A DNA stretch of 32,000 bases from Candidatus Heimdallarchaeota archaeon B3_Heim (GCA_003144275.1 NJBF01000015.1:30001-62000), one strand, 5' to 3'. Positions 18,468 to 27,769 are shown, counted from the stretch's first letter. Notes: generated by a model not told the origin, from the sequence alone. A program made the numbers and translations.

Positions 18468-19439
18468 CTAGTTAATGAGTAAAATACCAATTATACCAAA
18501 TGTGTAGACAAATTTTCTTCTTACCCACGCTGAATGCTTACGAATTGCGTCGAAATTATCTTTCAGTATCGAAGATCGGTATAAATACAGAATTATTAGC
18601 AGAACGGAAACTAAGATGGAAATCCAAATAACAAGATCGGGGAGAAGATCCTGTAATGAATCATTCAGGATCAAATAGAAGGTCATCAATGCTAGCATAC
18701 TACAAATAAGTCCTCGAAGTAATAGGGTACTATTCTTCTTTCCTAGGATCACGGAGGTCGTTCGTTGTTTTCCTTTTTGATCAATATTAAAATCAATTAA
18801 TTGAGAATTAAATTGTATCCAAATACCATCGAGTATTGATAATGAGATGAAAACTAGAAAAAGGGGCTGTTGGATGAGATATTCAAATGGGGATATGACT
18901 AACCCTCCCAATAGGAAGAATAAACCAGAAGCATACAATCCATGAGTAATTAAGTCAAGATATACCCGTTCTTTAAAACGGATAGGAGGAGCGCTATAAA
19001 AATGACCAATTAATAACGTAATGGATACAAGAATAATAGTTTCAATACCTAGAATTAAACTGAATGACAAACTAATTACCACAGGAGTCAGGAGCATAAT
19101 CTTAGCAAGATACGGTTTTTTCTTGATGTTAGAGCTGCAAAAATAGTTACGCGCTCCTTTGTTCTCATCAAGTAAATCATAAGGTGCATCAAAATAGTCG
19201 TTTATCATCCAGATATAGGGAAGTAAACAAATAGAAACTATTAGTGCTGCAATAATCCTTATCCAGCTTTCCAAAATTATTGATAGATCCCAATGTAAAA
19301 TCGCCAACTCTGTGAATAAACCGAACAACATGAATGGAAGTCCAAATAAAACACCGATTAAGAGCCGATTTTTAATTATAAAAACTAGAATTGTCTCGAA
19401 CCGTTTTCCTTCGACATCACTTAGCTCAATAGTTGGCAT
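18468..19439 (-). CDS. UbiA-family prenyltransferase (second, divergent)
   Basis: Asp-rich motifs INDYFDAPYD and QLIDFNIDQKGKQRTTSVILG, plus HFYSAPPIRFK and multiple TM helices. Confidence 0.85.
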   Translation of the reverse strand: MPTIELSDVEGKRFETILVFIIKNRLLIGVLFGLPFMLFGLFTELAILHWDLSIILESWIRIIAALIVSICLLPYIWMINDYFDAPYDLLDENKGARNYFCSSNIKKKPYLAKIMLLTPVVISLSFSLILGIETIILVSITLLIGHFYSAPPIRFKERVYLDLITHGLYASGLFFLLGGLVISPFEYLIQQPLFLVFISLSILDGIWIQFNSQLIDFNIDQKGKQRTTSVILGKKNSTLLLRGLICSMLALMTFYLILNDSLQDLLPDLVIWISILVSVLLIILYLYRSSILKDNFDAIRKHSAWVRRKFVYTFGIIGILLIN

Positions 19440-19645
19440 CTCTCAATCCTTCAGTATTACAATGGAAAATAAATATCAGTCTTTTCTTCCAGATACTTAT
19501 CGATCAATTATTACGATTGTTCCAGCTACAGAACTTAATAAGGAATTCAGTTTAAAAAAAAAGAGGATCCAGAAAATTTATCAATCAAAAGGCTAAATCA
19601 GAAATACTCGACAGAGTTCAACTAAAGAGGGTGATATAGGTCATC

Positions 19646-20806
19646 ATGACATACGAAGATGAAGATTGGAAAAGAAGTCAAGCTAAATTCGTCGATGTTA
19701 CACAAGAGACAGAGAGATTAAAAGAACTCGATCATTTTTGGATAGAAATTGAAAAAGAAGTAAGTGAATGGCGATTATGGCGTTTCGCTTATCTTGATAC
19801 CGATTTAACCGAAATTTATCTTCCAGATCTCACTCATGCGCGATTCAATGAGCCTATATTACTTATCCATGGTTTTAATTCGAAACACACAATTTTCAAT
19901 TGGTTCGCCAGAGAATTGTGGAGATACGGTTTTCGTTACATATTTGCACTTGACATGTCAGATCTAATCGATCTAGATAATGCCAGTGCCAATCTTGCAA
20001 AGAATGTTAAGATAATCAAAGAAATTACAAATGCCCATAAGATTTCAGTACTCGCTCACGCTTCTGGGGGGGTGCTAACACGATATTATACAAAATTTCA
20101 GAATGGAGCGGCCCAAATTAGGGTCTTGGCAATGATTAGCAGTCCTCATGATAAGACACAATACCTTAATTTACTCCAGAATAAAATTAACGCAACAAAA
20201 GAGGAGCTAGAACAAGCTATAGACTATTTTGAAGATATTAATTCAACAATTAGTGAAAAAGAACTATACTTTCTCACTCAAATTAATATTGGGGGATCAA
20301 TATGGTCAACAAGCAAAAACGGGAGTACTGTAAGATTTATCCCCTTACCCAACGCAGTAAATATCTCTGTTGGAGAAACACATTTGCGGTTACATAGACA
20401 TAAAATTGTGTTTCGGCTGGTTCGACCGTTCCTTATTCCACAAATAGCGATATTAAAGATCCGTCTTCTCACACTTGTCAACTTACAATCACCAGTATCA
20501 CTCTGGATTCATTCTCAAGGCCATTTAACTCAACAATACCCACGTCAAGGATTCATTGCACCTAATCAAAAAATTGCAATCCCTGAAAATCCAATGATAA
20601 TTTATACGAATCAGGTCAAGTTAGATCTGGAGGGGTCTCAAAAATTAGTTATTCATGCATTTGAAAATGTACGTTTACAACAAAAGAAAATCGGGAGACT
20701 TGAAGTACCGATAAAAATAGATAGACTTCCACGTGTAGAATATCTTTCATTAGTTGGAGAAGAGGGTCAACGGATCGATTTTGCCTTATATGCCTACATT
20801 CCATGA
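19646..20806 (+). CDS. Alpha/beta-hydrolase (lipase-like) fold protein with altered nucleophile motif and C-terminal C2-like beta domain
   Basis: PILLIHGFNS, ISVLAHASGGVLTRYY (cf. AHSxGG), LAMISSPH, NISVGETHLRL. The beta-rich C-terminus is KLVIHAFENVRLQQKKIGRLEVPIKID. Confidence 0.7.
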   Translation: MTYEDEDWKRSQAKFVDVTQETERLKELDHFWIEIEKEVSEWRLWRFAYLDTDLTEIYLPDLTHARFNEPILLIHGFNSKHTIFNWFARELWRYGFRYIFALDMSDLIDLDNASANLAKNVKIIKEITNAHKISVLAHASGGVLTRYYTKFQNGAAQIRVLAMISSPHDKTQYLNLLQNKINATKEELEQAIDYFEDINSTISEKELYFLTQINIGGSIWSTSKNGSTVRFIPLPNAVNISVGETHLRLHRHKIVFRLVRPFLIPQIAILKIRLLTLVNLQSPVSLWIHSQGHLTQQYPRQGFIAPNQKIAIPENPMIIYTNQVKLDLEGSQKLVIHAFENVRLQQKKIGRLEVPIKIDRLPRVEYLSLVGEEGQRIDFALYAYIP

Positions 20807-21576
20807 GGATTAAGATAATGAAATTATATAAGCAGGCTGCAAATCTAATAAAGAGTAAATCCAAAATTGTCGCTTTTACGGGTGCAGGAATAAGCGTAGA
20901 GTCCGGTATCCCTGATTTTCGAAGTCCAGGAGGATTATGGGAAAAATATAATCCTACTGAGTATGCAGAATATTCCGCGTTTTTAAAATGGCCTGAAAAG
21001 TTTTGGACGATGCATTCTGAACTTGCTGAGCTTGTCTCATCGGCAGAACCGAACCCAGCTCATTTAGCGTTAGCCACACTTGAGAATTTAGGAAAACTTA
21101 AAGCCGTCATTACTCAAAATATTGATTTCTTGCATCAACGTGCAGGTAACTCCCGTGTTCTTGAATTACATGGGACAGGAGAAACTGCATCATGTTTAAG
21201 TTGCCAAAAACAATTTGATCGCGTAATGGTTGAAGAACTTCTTAAAAAAGTCCAAGTTCCGCGGTGTCCAGATTGCGAGGGGCTAATAAAACCCAATGTA
21301 GTATTGTTTAGTGAACCTCTTCCTGCAAATGTTTTTGAAGAAGCCAAGCAAGCGCTGCTAGAATCCGATTTATTAATAGTCATTGGAACCAGTTTAAGCG
21401 TATTTCCAGCAGCCGCTTTACCTTCTCTGGTGAGTTTTAATAATACTCCAGTAATCATTATCAATGAGGAACCGACGTCATTAGATTCATCAGCAAGTAT
21501 TGTAATTAATGGAAAATCAGGAGAAATTTTCCCTCAAATAATTAAAGCCATGAATACAGATGAGGAGACTAATTGA
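20803..21576 (+). CDS. cobB: Sir2-family NAD-dependent protein deacylase
   Basis: FTGAGISVESGIPDFRS, TQNIDFLHQRAG, ELHG, zinc ligands CLSC/CPDC, KPNVVLFSE, GTSLSVFPAA. Confidence 0.95.
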   Translation: MRIKIMKLYKQAANLIKSKSKIVAFTGAGISVESGIPDFRSPGGLWEKYNPTEYAEYSAFLKWPEKFWTMHSELAELVSSAEPNPAHLALATLENLGKLKAVITQNIDFLHQRAGNSRVLELHGTGETASCLSCQKQFDRVMVEELLKKVQVPRCPDCEGLIKPNVVLFSEPLPANVFEEAKQALLESDLLIVIGTSLSVFPAAALPSLVSFNNTPVIIINEEPTSLDSSASIVINGKSGEIFPQIIKAMNTDEETN

Positions 21577-22066
21577 TAGATTTCTGCATAAGGATTGCAT
21601 GTTCTTTACGTGAGTAATAATTCTTTAATTTTTTAACCTCAGTATATCCATGTTTTCGATAAAAATTGATTGCTTTATGATTTTCAAAGTGAACCTGTAA
21701 TTCAAGGGTTTGGACAGAGTAGTGATCAACAAAATTCTGCTCAAATGCTTGGAGTAACCGTTGACCAATTTGATGTTGTTGATATCTCGGATCCACTTCA
21801 ATTGTAACTATTCTCCCTAGCAATTCTTTTTTATCTTCATACTCTCCAACAATAAATCCTACAATTTTGTTTTGGGGCTTTAAAACCGCAGTTAGTGCTA
21901 AATGGGGTGAAGAAGTATTTATTATTCTCACAATTAGAGAAGGACCATAACGCATTTTTGGTGAAAAAACTAATTTTTCTAATTCATTAATTTTTTCAAC
22001 ATCAGAGATTTTGCTCGGCCTAATTACAACCTTAACTATATCGGTGTCATTGTCAGGAATTGTCAG
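21569..22066 (-). CDS. RimI/Ard1-like GNAT N-acetyltransferase; 5' end uncertain (first in-frame ATG at 21955)
   Basis: IVTIEVDPRYQQHQIGQRLL, LQVHFENHKAINFYRKHGY, NYYSRKEHAILM. The in-frame upstream extension VVIRPSKISDVEKINELEKLVF looks like the normal GNAT N-terminus; the start given is a CTG. Confidence 0.8.
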   Translation of the reverse strand: MTIPDNDTDIVKVVIRPSKISDVEKINELEKLVFSPKMRYGPSLIVRIINTSSPHLALTAVLKPQNKIVGFIVGEYEDKKELLGRIVTIEVDPRYQQHQIGQRLLQAFEQNFVDHYSVQTLELQVHFENHKAINFYRKHGYTEVKKLKNYYSRKEHAILMQKSIN

Positions 22067-22308
22067 GTCTGATCACAGTAATTTTGATTTATGATAGTTT
22101 TTTGCTCGACGGGAGAATAATGCAATTCATTGATTAATAATCCAGTGAAAATGAAGAATTTATACGGAAAATTTTAACCTATTGTTCTATAAAAAAACGT
22201 TTCTTTTTCATATTAAAGAGATTTTAGTCAAATATCTAGGGAGACTTGGTTTATTTTCGAATATTGTTTAGACTAATTTTATATAATCCCCTTTGCTGAA
22301 ATTCTGCT

Positions 22309-23205
22309 ATGGATTCTATTGATAAAAACATCTTATTAGACCTTCATGTTAATTGCCGAACGACTTTTCAAGAGATGGCAAATAAGAATGGTGTATCAGC
22401 GAATGCAATCAAGAAAAGATTTAATAAAATGCTTTCAACGGGTGTAATTGAAAATTTTTATGTAGAGTTGCCCTTAGCGGGTGTAGACGCAGAGTTGCTA
22501 ATGGCACTCATCACTACTGATGGAAATGAGGATGGTAATTTTGTAGAAGTGATGGGAAATCATCCAATGATCAGTTATATAGGAAAATTAGCTGGAGGGA
22601 TGTACAATGTATTTTCTTGCTTTCAGGGAACGATAGGCCTTTCAGAAATGGGTGCTTTCTTCAGGAATTTACCTTCCGTGACAAATGTAGAAATACATCC
22701 TTTACTTTATTGGAGAGGAAATAAAGTTGAATTTACAAACTTGCAGGGGAAAGTCTTGAAGTGTTTAATAGAAGATCCAAGAAGAGCTGCGAGTGAAATC
22801 GCAAAGCAGACAGGCTTAACTTCAAGAATGGTGAGTAAAACGATCAATGAACTAATGGAGAAAGGAGGAGTTATTTTAGGAATCATATGGAATCCAAACC
22901 TTGGTGGGATAGTTGCGATGATTCGAATATCATGGTTAGAACAAAAAACTAATCTAAAAGAAATTATAAGTTTTCTTCAAAAAAACTTCCCTGAAGAGTA
23001 TTTTGCCCCTATGATATCAGCAACAAGTCCAGTGTTATTCGCTACTTTCATTGTTAAAGATTTGAAAGTTGTACAAACTATTACTTCGGAAATTAAGAAA
23101 TTTCAGCATGTAACAAATGTGATAACCTATTTGGGAGAACCTTCAAGGGTTTTTCCTGATATTAAGACGACAAAACTGAAGGAATTATTAAATTCAATAG
23201 GTTAA
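22309..23205 (+). CDS. Tandem-duplicated Lrp/AsnC-family transcriptional regulator
   Basis: Two wHTH units (MDSIDKNILLDLHVNCRTTFQEMANKNGVSANAIKKRFNKM and LQGKVLKCLIEDPRRAASEIAKQTGLTSRMVSKTINEL), each followed by a RAM-like domain. Confidence 0.85.
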   Translation: MDSIDKNILLDLHVNCRTTFQEMANKNGVSANAIKKRFNKMLSTGVIENFYVELPLAGVDAELLMALITTDGNEDGNFVEVMGNHPMISYIGKLAGGMYNVFSCFQGTIGLSEMGAFFRNLPSVTNVEIHPLLYWRGNKVEFTNLQGKVLKCLIEDPRRAASEIAKQTGLTSRMVSKTINELMEKGGVILGIIWNPNLGGIVAMIRISWLEQKTNLKEIISFLQKNFPEEYFAPMISATSPVLFATFIVKDLKVVQTITSEIKKFQHVTNVITYLGEPSRVFPDIKTTKLKELLNSIG

Positions 23206-23286
23206 TGGATTAAATACGTCTTTCTGTTAATACATCCTTCTTCCCCTGATATCAAAATTCAAACCACTTGGTTCATTTTTCCTCAC

Positions 23287-23319
23287 CCTAGAATTTCTTA
23301 GTTTCTAGGATCTTTTTTT
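23287..23319 (+). terminator. Hairpin plus T-tract downstream of the Lrp-like gene
   Basis: cctagaa-N9-ttctagg followed by atcttttttt. Confidence 0.35.
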
Positions 23320-23467
23320 CCTTCGTTTCGATCGAATCGATTTCTGTGACCGTTTGACTAATTTATTAGATTTTTCCTTAGATGTTTCTTATGATAGAAA
23401 GTACTAAAATGAATTTAATTGCTATAAATCAATTCTTATGAGTTTACCCTAAATTGGAATCGGTTAG

Positions 23468-23491
23468 AAAACGAACTTGCTAGTTCGTTTT
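23468..23491. promoter_or_regulatory. Perfect inverted repeat, candidate operator or terminator
   Basis: AAAACGAACT-tgct-AGTTCGTTTT (10-bp arms), about 120 bp upstream of the ORF at 23614. Confidence 0.4.
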
Positions 23492-23613
23492 TTTCAACAA
23501 AAAATAAACGTATAGCGGTTAAATGTGAACCTAGTAACTCCCATGACTATATATCAATCAGTATTGCAATTTCAAGTGGTTAATATCAAAAATCAAAAAA
23601 AGAAGGAAAAAAA

Positions 23614-23808
23614 ATGTCAAGTAAAAAAATTTCAATCGATCAAATAATAACCTATATTTTATATGCGATACCCCTCGCCATGGGAGTTGCAACTCTGATT
23701 ATTTCAATAATAGAACCAGGAACGGATATGTTCTTTGCACTTGGTCTAGGAATGGCCTGCTTAGGAATTGTTGGATTAGATCTTTTAGACAAAGGAGGAG
23801 AAAGTTAG
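23614..23808 (+). CDS. Small two-TM membrane protein
   Basis: 64 aa with two hydrophobic helices (IITYILYAIPLAMGVATLIISII; MFFALGLGMACLGIVGL). Confidence 0.7.
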   Translation: MSSKKISIDQIITYILYAIPLAMGVATLIISIIEPGTDMFFALGLGMACLGIVGLDLLDKGGES

Positions 23809-23913
23809 TCAGGAATTATTTCTACATAATGGAGAGAATTTAGCATATATATAATTTCAACAGTAAAATGGCATTAAAATTGATAATAGAGAATCAAGAT
23901 AAGTTGAAAGATT

Positions 23914-24366
23914 GTGAGAACTATTGACATAAAATACCAATACCAGAAGCTCTTATCTACTCTTCTAGATGTAAAGTCGGATAAAAATTTGACCAATGAA
24001 CTTCTATCAGAAGTATATGTCTCTGAATGGGTTAAAATGTTCTTAAGTGGCAATATCATGAGTAAAGAGATTGAAATACAGATCGAGATCCCTATTCCTT
24101 TCTCATCTTTTCAGAAAACAGAAAATAACTATGATATCGGTTTTCTCTTAAAAATTCAAATAAAACTTCTCGAATATTTGTTAAGATTGCACACAGATCA
24201 TGATTTTAGTTTAGATATTATTAAGGAAGAAGGAATATGGTATGGTACCAAAAAACTGGAATCAGAACCAACAGAAGAACTTATTAACCAATTGATGCCC
24301 CCTAAAATATCTCAAGAGAATTTCGTAGCTGAACGTAAAAAAATCATAGATGAAAAGAATTTCTAA
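23914..24366 (+). CDS. Hypothetical protein
   Basis: 150-aa ORF with GTG start, directly upstream of the ABC ATPase; no recognised motif. Confidence 0.6.
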   Translation: MRTIDIKYQYQKLLSTLLDVKSDKNLTNELLSEVYVSEWVKMFLSGNIMSKEIEIQIEIPIPFSSFQKTENNYDIGFLLKIQIKLLEYLLRLHTDHDFSLDIIKEEGIWYGTKKLESEPTEELINQLMPPKISQENFVAERKKIIDEKNF

Positions 24367-24376
24367 GGTGAAAATA

Positions 24377-25117
24377 ATGAAAGAAAATGGTATAAAACTC
24401 CAAAATATTGTCAAAAAGTTCGATGATATAACTGCTGTGGACGATTTGAGTTTTGAAGTCGAAGCTGGGGAATTATTTGGACTATTAGGACCAAATGGAG
24501 CGGGAAAAACGACTACAATTAAGATCCTAACTGGATTACTGAAACCAACTAGTGGTGAAGCCAAAGTCGGGGGTTATGATCTTAAAAAGTTCATCGGTAA
24601 AATCAAAGAAATGATTGGTGTTTGCCCTCAAGAACCAGCATTTTATCCATATTTAACTGGGCGGGAAAACGTGGAATTGTTTGGTAATTTGCACGGGATG
24701 TCGAAAACAAAAATTAAAGAAAGAGCGGAAGAGCTTCTTGCAAAAGTCGGTTTAGTTGAGGGAGCAACAAGAAAAGCGGGAAAATATAGTGGGGGAATGG
24801 TAAGACGAATTTCATTAGCGATGGCTTTGATAAATGATCCCGATATCGCCTTTCTTGACGAACCAACTGTGGCAATGGATGTCCAATCTCGTCGTGCGAC
24901 ATGGGACTTCATAAGGGATCTCAAAACGCAAGGAAAAACAGTAATTCTTACTACACATTACATTGAAGAGGCAGAAATGCTTTGTGATCGTGTAGGAATT
25001 ATAGACCGTGGAAAATTGATAGCATTAGATACTCCTAAAGCTCTTATGGCTGAATATGATGCTAAAGACTTAGAAGACGTTTTTATCAAAATAACGGGGA
25101 GAAAAATCCGTGAATAA
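24377..25117 (+). CDS. ABC-2 (DrrA/CcmA-like) exporter ATP-binding subunit
   Basis: Walker A GPNGAGKTT, signature YSGGM, Walker B FLDEPT, H-loop TTHY. ATG at 24377 is preceded by AGGTGA. Confidence 0.95.
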   Translation: MKENGIKLQNIVKKFDDITAVDDLSFEVEAGELFGLLGPNGAGKTTTIKILTGLLKPTSGEAKVGGYDLKKFIGKIKEMIGVCPQEPAFYPYLTGRENVELFGNLHGMSKTKIKERAEELLAKVGLVEGATRKAGKYSGGMVRRISLAMALINDPDIAFLDEPTVAMDVQSRRATWDFIRDLKTQGKTVILTTHYIEEAEMLCDRVGIIDRGKLIALDTPKALMAEYDAKDLEDVFIKITGRKIRE

Positions 25118-25129
25118 AGGTGAAAGAGA

Positions 25130-26275
25130 ATGAATTTGCAACGTATTTACTCATTAATGAAAAAGGATCTGAAAAAATTAGTTCGAGTTCCTGCTACGCT
25201 CTTCTTAGCATTAATATTCCCATTAATACTCACAGGTGCTTTTGGGTTCGCATTCGGATCTTTAGGAGGAGCAGGTGGGGAAGTAGCATATACTATCGGA
25301 ATTGTCGATTTGGATGAGACAATTTGGGCAGAACATTTCATTGGTAATCTGACTGAAAGTGAAGTACTTGAGACGAAATCTTATGACACTAGTGTAGAAG
25401 CAGAAGACGATCTCTCACAAGGAATAATTGATGCATTCCTTGTTATTCCAGAGAATTTTAGCAATAGCTTCAATTCTTATAACTTAAATCCTACAAATGC
25501 AAGTACATGGGTTAATTCAACAGTTGAACTCACTGTCGATCAGGGTTCTATGATCGTATCAGCTGCTATACCGCCTCTTGTTCAACAAATATTGGCTGAA
25601 ACTCTATATGGGAAGCAATCTATGATTGTGGCCCAACCAGTTCAGATTGGAACTCCTGAGGGAATTGAAGCCGATCATTTTACCCAATTTGATTTAATGG
25701 CCCCTGGGATGTTTGCTTTTGCTGCAATTTTCTTAACAATTATAGTTGCAGAAGGATTTGTGGAAGAACGAACTGAAGGACTATTACGACGAATACAGGT
25801 AACTCCTACTTCACCAACAGATGTAATTCTCAGTAGCGTAACTGCAAATATGATAACAGCTATTCTTCAGGTAGCGATTATCTTTATTATGGCGAATTTG
25901 ATGGGATTCAATCCTTTAACTGACGTATCTGGATATATCTTCGCTTTTGTAATCGTTCTACTACTGGCCCTCTGCAATATAGGATTTGGGTTAATTACGG
26001 CTTCTATCGCTAAAACTCCAGGAGCAGCAACTGGAATAAGCTTCATGTTTATTCTACCTCAAATGTTTTTAGGCACATTTGTTCCTGTTCCTGATGCAGT
26101 TGGTCAACTAGTTCCAGCTTATTACGTTACAGATGCGTTAACATCAATTTTTCTAAGAGGAGCAGCAATTACTAGTGAAAAAGTATTGTTAGATTTAGTA
26201 ATAATGATCGGATTTTGTGTTGTCATTATTCTAGCTGGAATCACTGTATTTGCGAAATTTGGACGAGAAAAATAA
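25130..26275 (+). CDS. ABC-2 type exporter permease
   Basis: One N-terminal TM, a large extracytoplasmic loop, five further TMs, and EERTEGLLRRIQVTP. Confidence 0.9.
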   Translation: MNLQRIYSLMKKDLKKLVRVPATLFLALIFPLILTGAFGFAFGSLGGAGGEVAYTIGIVDLDETIWAEHFIGNLTESEVLETKSYDTSVEAEDDLSQGIIDAFLVIPENFSNSFNSYNLNPTNASTWVNSTVELTVDQGSMIVSAAIPPLVQQILAETLYGKQSMIVAQPVQIGTPEGIEADHFTQFDLMAPGMFAFAAIFLTIIVAEGFVEERTEGLLRRIQVTPTSPTDVILSSVTANMITAILQVAIIFIMANLMGFNPLTDVSGYIFAFVIVLLLALCNIGFGLITASIAKTPGAATGISFMFILPQMFLGTFVPVPDAVGQLVPAYYVTDALTSIFLRGAAITSEKVLLDLVIMIGFCVVIILAGITVFAKFGREK

Positions 26276-26435
26276 ACATAATTTTCTCCTCTTTCTCTTT
26301 TTCTAATGTTTCAAAATTGAAATTTACACCTCAGCGTTGAATATCACAAAAAAAAGTAAGAATATAGCAAATAATTTGAAAGTATTTGATGTTTGGTGAA
26401 ATTAATAAGTAAGTCTCTCAATTAAAAGAATACGG

Positions 26436-26951
26436 ATGAAAATTAGTGTGCCCATGCATAAACTAGCAACTCTGGCTTATCTTGTCCATGAAAACGAAGT
26501 CTTGTTACTTTATCGTAATAAGAAGGAAAATGATTTTCATGAGGGGAAATTTATTGGAGTAGGTGGGAGACTTGAACCTGGGGAAACTCCTCTCGAATGC
26601 ATCATTCGTGAGATCAAAGAAGAAGCAGGATATGAATTTGAACCCTCCGATATATCTTTTCGGGGATATATTTATTTTGATGAAATAAACAGAAAGAAAG
26701 AATCAGAGGATTTACCCGCCTTTAACTGGTTAGTATTTTTATATACCGCAACGGTTGAAGAGAAAAGGAATTTTGTTAATTCCGAAGGAGAATTGCATTG
26801 GTTCGTAAAGGACAAAGTTCCGTATGAGAATATGTGGGGAGGAGATCGGATATTCATCCCAAAAATTTTGGAAACTGATGAGATTATTGAGGGTAAATTC
26901 CTGTATAGAAATACTGGTATCAGCTGGTGGACTTTTGGTCGTGATCAATAG
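26436..26951 (+). CDS. Nudix hydrolase, MutT/MTH1-like (probable oxidised-nucleotide diphosphatase)
   Basis: Nudix box GGRLEPGETPLECIIREIKEEAG, plus SEGELHW and MWGGDRIF. Confidence 0.88.
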   Translation: MKISVPMHKLATLAYLVHENEVLLLYRNKKENDFHEGKFIGVGGRLEPGETPLECIIREIKEEAGYEFEPSDISFRGYIYFDEINRKKESEDLPAFNWLVFLYTATVEEKRNFVNSEGELHWFVKDKVPYENMWGGDRIFIPKILETDEIIEGKFLYRNTGISWWTFGRDQ

Positions 26952-27700
26952 AAATTTTGCCTTATTTGAAAAGCACGATTCACCTCATCAGTTATTACTC
27001 CATAAACTTTTTTCTTAAAGCAACTCAGTAAATATTGCTCAGTATTTACGGTATACGGATTGACCAGTATGCCCTTGTTTCTTGCTTCCTTGAAAGATTT
27101 ATGTGTATAATATTTATGAAGACGTGTAGATAACCAGTATGGAATTTTCGTCCCTCCACCTGGAATTTTATCGTAAAAAGGGTGGATCGCGTCACAATTG
27201 AATTTTTGAGTCAGTGGAATTTGGTTTCGGGCAAATCCAACTAAAAGACCAGTGGGTAATTCTGGATTTAGTTCTTTAATCTCTTGTAACGCTTCACCAT
27301 GAAAGGATGATATAATGATGTTTTCAGGGGTATTGTTAATATCATATTGTTGAATTACTCGAACTAATTCTTTTACTCCATTCTTTTGAGGTTTTAGTTC
27401 AATGTTCATTAAAATTTTATTTCCAAATTTTTCCAGAATGTCCTCAAGCGAAGGGATGGTTATTCCTTCGGATAACTCAATTTCAGTTAAGTCTCCAAGC
27501 TTCAAATCATCTATTCGCTCAGATCGGCCTAATTTTGCAAGGGTTGCATCATGAAAACAAACCAAATGACCATCAGAAGAGAGCTGTACATCAAATTCAA
27601 ATCCATCTGCATTTGCCTTAATTGCAGTTTGAAATGCTTGAATACTATTATCAGGTTCAGAGGTTTTACGAAAACCCCGATGGGCAATGATAAAAGTCAT
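26945..27700 (-). CDS. Glycerophosphodiester phosphodiesterase (GDPD/UgpQ family)
   Basis: IIAHRG, FEFDVQLSSDGHLVCFHD, NIELK, YTVN, GVITD. ATG at 27700 preferred. Confidence 0.92.
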   Translation of the reverse strand: MTFIIAHRGFRKTSEPDNSIQAFQTAIKANADGFEFDVQLSSDGHLVCFHDATLAKLGRSERIDDLKLGDLTEIELSEGITIPSLEDILEKFGNKILMNIELKPQKNGVKELVRVIQQYDINNTPENIIISSFHGEALQEIKELNPELPTGLLVGFARNQIPLTQKFNCDAIHPFYDKIPGGGTKIPYWLSTRLHKYYTHKSFKEARNKGILVNPYTVNTEQYLLSCFKKKVYGVITDEVNRAFQIRQNFY

Positions 27701-27769
27701 AACAGATACTGCTCCTAAAAGAGTACAAAAGTAAGTTAAAAATGGAACGAGACACAAGGTCTCTATATT

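Noticed and set aside
23206-23613. Hidden ORF or structured ncRNA in the longest intergenic gap
   Set aside because: I found only short start-less or few-codon frames, the region is very AT-rich, and there is no tRNA- or SRP-like structure beyond the short dyads listed.
6128-26951. An ADP-ribosylation signalling system formed by the PARP fingers, sirtuin and Nudix hydrolase
   Set aside because: There is no PARP catalytic or macrodomain gene in the window, and the genes are 14-20 kb apart. The sirtuin looks like a standard deacylase and the Nudix looks MutT/MTH1-like.
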